From NCBI GenBank assembly GCA_032718475.1, contig JAUCBJ010004744.1, positions 1-58,687 of the forward strand: a stretch of DNA of 58,687 nucleotides, in the 5' to 3' direction. The notes under the pieces were generated by a model. That model made no database searches and was not told where the DNA came from. It saw only the letters and a program-made list of their open reading frames with translations. Positions 49,150 through 58,687 of this stretch are shown here, in pieces. A program made the position numbers and the translations under genes. Source of the DNA: Nemertoderma westbladi (Eukaryota > Animalia > Xenacoelomorpha). Within the stretch, counting starts at the first letter, position 1. Each line of letters opens with the position of its first letter.

Positions 49150-52100
49150 TTGAAATGTGTCACTTAAAATCAAACATTTTAAATTATATGCTCTCACCCC
49201 CTAAAAATGTCATATCTAACATAAAAAGGTACTGGTTAAAATTTCAGCTTAACTAATACATATTTAGAGGTAGTCCAAGCACCTCAAATAATTTGCAGCA
49301 AAGCGACACATGGCGCGACCGTATTATATCTTTGATTATGGTGAATACCAACTTCTTGTAATTGTATTGCACTGTTATTAGGCTTATTCGATCCGCAATG
49401 GTCGAATTAGGGGGGGTAGAGACCTTCACAACAACTTTAGAGCTTATAGTTCTTGAGATATTACACAAAAGACATATGTCGCTCAGCATAGCATTGTCAC
49501 GTCTATATGATATAGGCATCTCACCAAAAATAATACATACAATGATCTCACAAAATCAAGAATAGGCTCATTCAAACCACAATGGTTGATTTAGTGGGTG
49601 TAGAAACCGCAAAAACAAACAACATCCAGCTTAGTTCTTGAAATAATATAGAATTTGTAAACTCAACAATGGTATGTCACTTCTCTGTACAAGATAGTAC
49701 TGTCATTGACTGCTGTCTTGATATTACACTCCCATTCGAATCGAATTTGTTGTATAAGAATGTACAATAATGTGTAAATTCACAAGAGAAGGTTGGGAAG
49801 ATTAGGCTATCCAGATTGTGTAGTTGAATATTACTTATTATATAAATAACTGCTTTAAAGATGTACCAGTAACTTTCTTTTACCTTTATCTGTACCGTAC
49901 CTTGCTCATTTACCTCAAATAAACAATAGGCCTAAGTCAATATTATTAATATTATTTTGAAGACTAATGATTTATGGCATCTACAAGATCGCAGAATGAA
50001 GTTTTTCTCTTGGGTGGGACCATAAATGAATTTACTGTGTCAAAGCTCCCATCTAATCGACAAGTTCTTGGGCGGTTCTTGCAGTTACACCTGAATGAAA
50101 AAAAGACAATACGAGATTCATCTTCACAAACTTCACGAGAGATAATACCAATTTGGGTTAGTCGGGCACGGATTCCAATTAGGGATATTCAACACTGCAT
50201 CACAAAGATTGAATCAATTTTCCAAACGTGGAAAGACCTTAAATGCCTTCGTAATAGAAGTACCAACAGCCAAAAGAAAAAAGAGGCAGATTTTGTTGAT
50301 ATATTGGATGATTTATTCGATATAGCACATTCTAATGCACTATCAATGATAAAAAATCAGGCAGATAAAGACTTTCTGCTGGCACAACGGGAGAAGGGAC
50401 GTCGTGGGACTATGGGGCCAGTTGATGCTATTCTCGCCAGAAAAGATAACCGCCGTATCTTGAAAAGAAAAAGAGAAGAATTGCTGCAATCCAGATCTGA
50501 AGAGCAACAAGTTTGTATGACTGCAGTAGTTTCTTTGGATTCTTCAAGCTGCAGCAGTGCTGATGAAGATCATTCTGCTGTTGCTGGTACTTCCCAGACC
50601 AAAACACCTGTAAAGAAACATAGAGGAAGAACAAATGTAGTTACACCTTCACTTGCTGCTGCGTTGGATCGAACCAGGATGTCTGATCGCAGTGCTACAT
50701 TTGTTCTTACTGAGGCAGCCCTAAGTCTTGGCCACAATCCTGAAGGTTTAAATATAAACCGCATGTCCATCAACCGCCATCGTCAAAAAGCCAGAACTAG
50801 TTTTGTCGAACAGTATATGGCTTCATTTCAGGCTAATGTTCCCCTTACAGTTCACTGGGATGGAAAATTACTCTTAGATCTCACTGGAACTGATCATGTT
50901 GATCGTTTGCCTGTCCTAATTTCTGGGGAAGGAGTCAGCCAACTTCTTGGTGTTCCTAAGTTAGCAGTAGGAACTGGTGAATCACAAGCAACAGCTGTTG
51001 TTGCAGCATTGGAAGAGTGGGGTGTTTCAGAAAATGTGGTTGCCCTTTGCTTTGATACCACATCCTGTAACACTGGGCACCGCACTGGATCATGCATCTT
51101 AATTGAGCAAAAGTTGGGTCGGGACCTAATGCACCTTGCTTGTCGACACCACATAATGGAACTCATTCTTGCAGCTGCATTTTCATCTGCAATGGGAAGC
51201 AGCATAGGCCCTGATGTTGCAATATATAAGCGCTTCAAATCCCAGTGGAGTTTTATTAATCAAGCTGATTTCCAACCTGGTATAAATGATGAAACAATCC
51301 AAACATCAATCACATCTCAACAGATTAATAACCTCATTGCATTTGCTAATGAACAGCTTTCCATTCACCACCCACGTGATGATTATAAGGAGGTGTTAGA
51401 ACTCTCAGTCTTGTTTCTTGGAGGAGTTCCAAAACGTGGCATCCACTTCCAGGCACCAGGTGCCATGCACCATGCGAGGTGGATGTTGAAGGCAATTTAT
51501 AGCCTTAAGATCTGGTTGTTTCGTCACCAATTCAAGCTTACAGTGAAGGAGGAGAGAGGACTGCGAGATCTATGCATTTTTATTGTCCTGCTTTATATTC
51601 CTGCATGGATGAAATCGCCAGGAGCCATTGAGGCACCCTACAATGACTTCCGGTTATTGCAGAGTCTAGTTGCATATAACAAGATAAATAAGGAGATTTC
51701 AAAGGTAACCAGCGAAAAACTAAATAATCATCTGTGGTATCTCTCTGAGGTGTTAGTTGGTTTTGCCTTCTTTGATGAAGAAATCCCAACCCCTACAAAA
51801 ATACTGATGGTGGAAGCATTAGATGGTATGGATAGCGAAGATCATAATACAGTAAAGAAACACCCAAAGCTGGACTTGCAGTTCATTGCTATCAAAGGTA
51901 TAGTTGTTACTCCACGTACTAAGTTGTTCTTCACTAATCTTCGATTACCAGTAGAATTTTTATCAACAAACCCAAGTGAATGGAAGAAACAACAAAGCTA
52001 CAATGTGGCTCGGGAGAAGGTTCGTACAATCAAAGTTGTGAATGACTATGCTGAAAGAGCAGTTGACCTTATCCAGTCATACAACTGTCTACTGACAAAA

Positions 52101-52568
52101 GATGAAGAGCAGTTCCAGTTCCTCCTTCAAGTGGTCACTGAACATCGCGCTAGATTTCCAAAATGTACTAAAAGAGACTTGATTACATAAATTCATCTTA
52201 TGATATCTATTATGTGTTAACTTTTTGTTATTATTCCGAGTTTGTTTTTTGTGTTAGGCCTATGTTTTTCATGTTATTATTATTTAGATCAATTTACAAT
52301 AGCAATTGATAAAAGTGGAATCATTTATGTTTGTATATAAACCTCTTTGTTATAGTATGAACAAGTTATCTATATTGAGATCATACTTATATTTTGTTCG
52401 CATCGATCAATTTTTGAAAACTTTAAGGGTCTTGGACTACCACTAAACATTGTTTATTTTAGAACAAACTTTGCCAGAATCATTTTTACAAATGACATTC
52501 TAAATTTGGAGGGTGAGACCATAAATTATCTCTTTTTTCAAATTTCGCTCACTTTAAGGGACACCCTG
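49150..52568 (+). mobile_element. hAT-superfamily (hATm-like) DNA transposon
   Basis: TSD ATGACCAC/ATGACCAT (49142-49149, 52569-52576) with a single copy at the empty site 27399-27406; right end TTAAGGGACACCCTG; subterminal inverted motifs; altered left terminus. Confidence 0.9.
49974..52190 (+). CDS. 738-aa DDE transposase (hATm-like), intact
   Basis: VHWDGK, FDTTSCNTG, ACRHH (CxxH), HHARW and VVNDYAER motifs. Confidence 0.92.
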   Translation: MASTRSQNEVFLLGGTINEFTVSKLPSNRQVLGRFLQLHLNEKKTIRDSSSQTSREIIPIWVSRARIPIRDIQHCITKIESIFQTWKDLKCLRNRSTNSQKKKEADFVDILDDLFDIAHSNALSMIKNQADKDFLLAQREKGRRGTMGPVDAILARKDNRRILKRKREELLQSRSEEQQVCMTAVVSLDSSSCSSADEDHSAVAGTSQTKTPVKKHRGRTNVVTPSLAAALDRTRMSDRSATFVLTEAALSLGHNPEGLNINRMSINRHRQKARTSFVEQYMASFQANVPLTVHWDGKLLLDLTGTDHVDRLPVLISGEGVSQLLGVPKLAVGTGESQATAVVAALEEWGVSENVVALCFDTTSCNTGHRTGSCILIEQKLGRDLMHLACRHHIMELILAAAFSSAMGSSIGPDVAIYKRFKSQWSFINQADFQPGINDETIQTSITSQQINNLIAFANEQLSIHHPRDDYKEVLELSVLFLGGVPKRGIHFQAPGAMHHARWMLKAIYSLKIWLFRHQFKLTVKEERGLRDLCIFIVLLYIPAWMKSPGAIEAPYNDFRLLQSLVAYNKINKEISKVTSEKLNNHLWYLSEVLVGFAFFDEEIPTPTKILMVEALDGMDSEDHNTVKKHPKLDLQFIAIKGIVVTPRTKLFFTNLRLPVEFLSTNPSEWKKQQSYNVAREKVRTIKVVNDYAERAVDLIQSYNCLLTKDEEQFQFLLQVVTEHRARFPKCTKRDLIT

Positions 52569-54478
52569 ATGACCATAGCCAACAATACTCATACCGAATA
52601 TATATTTATTTGTAATTATTTAATTTATTATTAATTAAGCGCTGGATCAACCCCCAGTGACTTAGAAGAGAGGCTGGAATGATACGAAAATGAAGAACAA
52701 AACTCGTGAATGAAGAAGCGGAATCGGAATGCTAGAAGCGTAATGAGAATAAAAAATCGTAAGAGAAAAAGGGAGCTTCACTTAATTTATACAAAAATCA
52801 GAAAATTTTCGCGAGTTACGCTGGTAGGCTATTGGTTCAAGAAACTGCATAGCTAAAATAAACGAATGGGATCGACTTGCAATGGTCAAGATGGGATGTG
52901 ATTGGTTGAAGAGGTATAGGTCCACCATATCACTCAATCCTTCGCTTGCGCTCACGCAATGGCCCCCCTACCTAAATCTCAGATACCCTCCCATTCACTG
53001 GACCAATTTTTTTCCAATTTGGACCAATTTCACCACCATATATGGTAATATTTTTGGAGTTCTATGGCAACCCCCGGTATCTATAGTATTATATATATAT
53101 ATCTATATACCCAGAGATTTGAGACTACATGGCATGACATGGCCGAGACAGGTCCTGCAGGTGGGGATATGACTAAAGGACGATATCATACGCTATGGGT
53201 ATTGATATTGTGCGTCAATATAATGCCAATGTCTATATTGATGCAGATGGAAATGAAAAGCATTTTGAACTCACCATGGTTCAATGCCAGGAGTTCATTC
53301 AAGATGATTTGCAAGCCGATTTAAGAAGGCTTGCAAGAAGCAAGTAAGAATCCTTACAAAGTTTGCCTTTATAACTCTTGTAATCGAGGCTGGACAGGAC
53401 ACCCCCCCCCCCCCCCCCCCCCCCCTATTGAGGCTGGATAACCCACCTAATAGAGTTTAGTTAGTATGTCGCTTTAGAAAGGCAGTCTTTTTCAAGGTTA
53501 TAATATTTTTTCAATTCTATTTAGGTAGGAATTTTCCTGCCGGGGGGAATTGTTTTATAATATTGTGCTTTGGCTTAGACTGTACCACTCTATTGCGACT
53601 GATAACTACCCTAATGAGGCTGGGTAACCCTCTGTAATATCCCGCCTATCAAGACTGGAAATCCCGCCCTATTGAGGCTGGATAACCCACCTAATAGAGT
53701 TTAGTTAGTATGTCGCTTTAGAAAGGGAGTCTTTTTCAAGGTTATAATATTTTTTCAATTCTATTCAGGTAGGAATTTTCCCGCCTGGGGAAATTGTTTT
53801 ATAATATTGTGCCTTGGCTTAGACTGTACCACTCTATTGCGACTGATAACTATCCTAATGAGGCTGGATAACCCTCCGTAATATCCCGCCTATCAAGATT
53901 GGAAATCCCGCCCTGTATTGAGGCTGGACACTATCCCGTCAGGAAGAAATTTTATTGTGGTTTTTATGTTGCCTTGTAAAGGCTGTTAATATTTTCCATG
54001 TTTGGTTCTCCTTGATTGTTGTTTGTTTTTGTTTTTTGTGTTTATTTGCCTTTTTGTTCATTTGTCCGTATTATGATTATCACATGCATGATGCTATGAT
54101 GATAACATCGGAGAGAAATAGCTTGGCTGGTATGTTTGGAAGTGAATAGATTGCCTTGGTTGTATTTCCTTCAATTCACTGTAACTGCACCATGGTTGGG
54201 ACAAACTCGGTATGAAGGTAAGGCCTAATTATTGGTCGGAAAATAAATACGATAACTACTGACTTAAGAATTCATATAATTATACATTATATGAAGACAA
54301 ATGAAATAAATGCTACTGTTTGTATTTAAGAAAAGTGATGTTTTTATTCTACAGATGACTATATTGCATAGCCTTTATCAAATCTATTTTTGATTATTCT
54401 TATTTGAATTTGTTTACATAGAATATCGTAATTCTTAGTTTGTTGTTAAGGTAACCTAGACTTAATATAATAAAGTTT

Positions 54479-57400
54479 TTATTGTTGAATGTAGTCATGG
54501 AAGGAGTTCAAGCCCTTTAGATTAGTGAGCAGCATACCAATCCAAAATCGTTCTGATTTTCTTAGTTTCTTTATTGTTTCTACGCAGTTATCCCTTCTTG
54601 GTAATTGATCGATCAAAATAAATTTCAAGTTTTTGGAGGATTTGTTGTGTTTTTCGATGAAATGTACGCCGATATTGCAACTTTTCACACCTTTTTTTAT
54701 ATGAGATTTATAATTTCCAAGCCTCTTCTTGAAATTGATTGTTGAGCCAACACCCTGTAAATTGCATTCTATGCAGATAGCTAAATATACTACATTTTCC
54801 GAGTAACAGTTTAATCATTTGTTTATTTTAAAAGTCTTGCCTGTAGCTACACATTTGAAATGGTTGGTTTCAATTAAGTAATTTTCACAACAGTCACACT
54901 TTTTAGCGCTACAATTGTAACAACCAGGATTATCAATGCATGATAATTGTTTATATGGATTGGATGGTGCTAGAAGTTCTTTTAGGTTTGGGTTTCTTTT
55001 ATATGCAACAATTATTTCGTTTTGAGGTAGTATTTTCCTTGCCATTTCGTTTGACTCTAATATACGATAATGTTTATTGATAAGTCTTCTAAAGTTTGGA
55101 GCCATTGGGTTATACGTTGTTACTAAAACTGTTGGATTTTTAATACTTTTGTTTTTTCCTTTATAATTTCTTGCTTCCAATCTTTGCATGTTCCTAACTT
55201 CTTCAAAGACTGTATTTACACGATCTGCATTATGTCCACACTTAATTAGGTGGTGGGGCGAGACACGTAGTCGGCGAGCCTTGGCATACGGTTCATATAG
55301 GGTAAATGGGGCATGTCCGTCTGTCTGTCTGTCCGTCTGTCTGTCTGTCCGTCCGTCTGTCTGGTAAATGTTTGAACGCGAATTTCTCGGCATCGCTGGT
55401 TCGGAATTGAACCAAACTTAGTAGGCAAGTAGTAGAGAGAAAGTTTAGAAAGTTTGTAAAGTTTGGTGAAAAATCATGCAGCCTGACGTCAGCTACGACA
55501 GATTTTGTGGTTTTTAGAAAATGTTAAATTTCTCGGGAAGGCCTCATTTTCCTGAGCTGAAATTTTGGTGGCCTGTAGAGAATCATGAAGTCTATCTTTT
55601 ACGAAATTGAAAAGTTAAGACATTTAATTGGGGATCCGCTAGAGACTCAGAAGTAATGACATAGGCCTACCGGTACGGTACTGCTGTACAGTGCTGCACT
55701 GGTAAGTACAAAATTGCAGAATAACAATTTGACACCACCTAGCGGATTAACATATGATTGTATATCGAATGAATACATTTATAGCATGGGATATGGGGTT
55801 CAAACTAGACATGCCCCATTTGCTCTATATGAACCGTATGCCAAGGCTTGCCGACTACGTGCTGCGCGAAGTCCCCACGAACGTGTTCTTGTACACGTTA
55901 CCTTGAGTCACATAGTCTTTATCTTTTGTGTTAATTCTTTTCAACCTTAAGGCCACTCCTTTAGGAATTCCGTTGATTTGGCATTTAGGGTGGGCAGATT
56001 CACTCCTTTAGGAATTCCGTTGATTTGGCATTTAGGGTGGGCAGATTTACTATTTAAATATATATGTGAATCTGTAGGTTTACTATACACTGATGTTGTT
56101 AACTGATTATTTTCAATTGTTATGTTTAGATCTAAAAAGTGTAACGATTTAGCACCTATATCCAGTGTAAACTTCTGGATCCAATGTATTTAATAGCTTA
56201 AAGAATTCGAATAGACACCTTTTTGAACCACGCCATATGGAGAATATATCGTCTCTGTATCTAAACCAACATCTTAATTCAGGGTATCTTTTTTTCTTGT
56301 TAATTACTTTTATATCAATATCTCCTGCCACTATGTCAGCGTAAGAACAATAATTTTTGGGTCCCATTGCAGTGCCGTCTGTTTGTATCCAAAACTCATT
56401 TTGATACTGTGATACGTTGTTTTTTAGGCAAATTTCCAATGCTTCAATAATGCAGTCAGAAGGTACATCAAACAAGTGTATATTTTCTTTTAATTTATTA
56501 GAAACTATATTGATCCCGTTTTTGTTGTCAATAGAAGGAAACATATTAATAATATCAAAACTAATGAATATATCATTATCTGCAATTTCATGTAAATTTA
56601 ATTTGTCTATTATTTCCAGCATGTGTGAGGTATCTTTTACCCGATGTGGTAATGTGTTAGCTATCTTTTTGCAGTATGTTTCTACAAATTGAGAAAGATT
56701 TTCTGTTGCGCTACCACAACCTGATGTTATTACACGCGCAGGTGCTTGTTCTTTGTGTAGTTTTATTCTTGGATAATTTGTGCCCGGTGTAGGTTTAGAG
56801 TTTAATAAAATATAATTTACCCATTTATTGCTTAGTCCAAGGTCTTTCCATTTTTCAGTCCAGTTTGTAATTTGGTTTAAAATTGTAAAACTCGGGTCTT
56901 TTTCAACTTTCTTAAATGATCCACAATCCATTTGCTCTTTTAGTTTTTTGTTGTCTGTTTCCTTATCAATGAATACAAAAGAATTTCCTTTGTCTTGTAA
57001 TCTCATAATATATCCCTTATCATTTATGTTTGTTTTTCTAAATTTATTTAATGCTTCTCTTTCTTGAGGATCTATGTTGTCTCTTACTTTCTTTAACTTA
57101 GTATCTTTAAAAATATCTTTTTCAATACTGTCAAGAAATACTTCGATTGCTGGAATATTGCATTTTGGTGGATTTCGTGTTGATGCTATGTGTGTTGGAA
57201 ATAATGAATTGTTAACTTTGTCTGCTGATTCTATATTAATTACTTCCCTATTGTCTTTATAAAAAAACGCTTTCCATAGCACTTTTCTTTTAAAATTTTG
57301 CCAATTTCTTTGTATATCATCCCAATTGACACTCATTGGCTGTGGTACAAATGAAGGCCCCAAACTACATAATTTAATAAGTCCGGGATCAATTTTTTGT

Positions 57401-57570
57401 TCTGTTAAATTAAATACTTTTACGTTACTATTTGTTGTTACATTAACATTTCCAATGCTTTCATTTTCCTGTTCTAGAACATTTAAGGATTTCTCCAAAT
57501 TTCCTAGACTTTCTTTATTATTTTTTGACATAATATCATTTACTAATGATCTCATTTTATTTCTAAACAC
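54479..57570 (-). mobile_element. Penelope-like retroelement (RT plus C-terminal GIY-YIG, Neptune-like Cys linker), inactivated
   Basis: RT motifs DKG, KLHK..PARVI, SFDIINMFPSI, GTAMG, RYRDDIF; frameshift near 56175; 47-bp duplication at ~55954-56047; insertion at 55255-55886; premature stop at 54815. Confidence 0.93.
55255..55886. mobile_element. Non-autonomous insertion with long imperfect inverted ends and a GTCY microsatellite (Helentron/DINE-like)
   Basis: Absent from the copy at ~30338-30342; ACGTAGTCGGCGAGCCTTGGCATACGGTTCATATAG is inverted at ~55818-55860; (GTCT/GTCC)n at 55315-55362; no clear TSD. Confidence 0.8.
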
Positions 57571-58687
57571 ATTAATATTGTTGTCATTTACATATGAAAG
57601 GTTGTAAATACCATCACTGTCTATATCATCTGTCTATACACATTTTACCGAACTTACATAAGTACACGCCACATTGATAACTATTAAATTGTACTCTTTT
57701 TATTGGTGGTTCTATTATGTTATTATTATTACAATAGATTGGAAAAGAAATCACTTATTCTTATCGTAATTTTCCTCGTCATTGACATGACATATTTGTA
57801 TGTTGTGTAACTCAGAATTTGAGGAAGTCAACATTACTATATAGTCGATAATTAACGCTTACCTTGAGGCGCAATCCGAATTGAGCATGGAAGTGAAGGA
57901 GGGTCTTATTGAATTTATTGTGTATAATTAATTAATTATTAAATAATTTAAATTTGATTGTTTGTGCTTTAATATACCTTTAAGGCCATTATGCGCAAAT
58001 CTATATTTTCCTTGTTAAATAGAGTAAATAACTCGGGTAATACGCTAATTGGTGCCATTATAACTAATTTTTCAGTGAACTCTGTTCTGATTGATCGGTG
58101 GCACAAGGTGCTTGATCCAAGTTTAACGTAATTATCGTATTCGGAATACATTGTTAAATTTCCTTTATTTTCGTATTTGGTGTAATTCTACTTTAATGTG
58201 CTGTATTTCTCAAATTTAGTTTAATTAGTTCTGCCTTGTATGTACAATGGATCGTTTGTGTCCGAGATTATAAATAAATAATAATAATAATAATAATATT
58301 GTATTGCCTTTGATTGTTACATTTTAATGTTTGTTTTTATTGTATGTTTAATAGTAATGATTCAGGGGATTGCCACCTGTCAATATGTACACGTTCTCTG
58401 AACCCCCCCCCCCCTTCCTAACATGTCCAGAAATTACTTTGTACTCATTCTATTGTCTTAATTTGGAACAAGTCTCCACCACCCACAACCTACGTAGGTA
58501 TGGGAGGCACACTAAATTATTATACTGTACCTACAAATCCTAATCGCATGAAATTTTAATCATAAATAGTTGGGTCCTGATATTTATTAGCATGGTAATA
58601 CTTACTTATATTAGCTTAAACAGGGTGTTATATATATTCACATTATATATATTCTGAAATTTTACGAGCAATACTACAATCTAGGAC

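Noticed and set aside
54815-55393. 192-aa ORF with a novel N-terminus
   Set aside because: Chance read-through from the inserted element's microsatellite into the Penelope frame

Overview
AT-rich eukaryotic (probably animal) DNA with GT-AG introns, tRNA-derived SINEs, satellites and nested transposons. Main contents: a 1430-aa intronless ORF with a DEDDy-type 3'-5' exonuclease and CCHC zinc knuckles behind a highly structured ~1.3-kb leader; an MRP4/ABCC4-type transporter gene with one giant exon and a frameshift; a 78-bp satellite; RTE-type LINE fragments, one joined to a high-GC bacterial OmpR-type gene fragment; and a rearranged duplicated region (about 24-36 kb vs 37-56 kb). The duplicated region carries a Penelope-like retroelement, an intact hAT transposase, TA-duplicating TIR elements with matching empty sites, and an uncharacterised spliced gene family. 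The most striking observations are three copies of a barrier-to-autointegration factor (BAF)-like gene whose HhH motif is tandemly amplified about 4, 7.6 and 10 times with a G25E-like substitution, and a probable flavivirus-like capsid-prM endogenous viral element. All family assignments come from motifs recognised by eye; no searches were run, and single-base frameshifts may be assembly errors.
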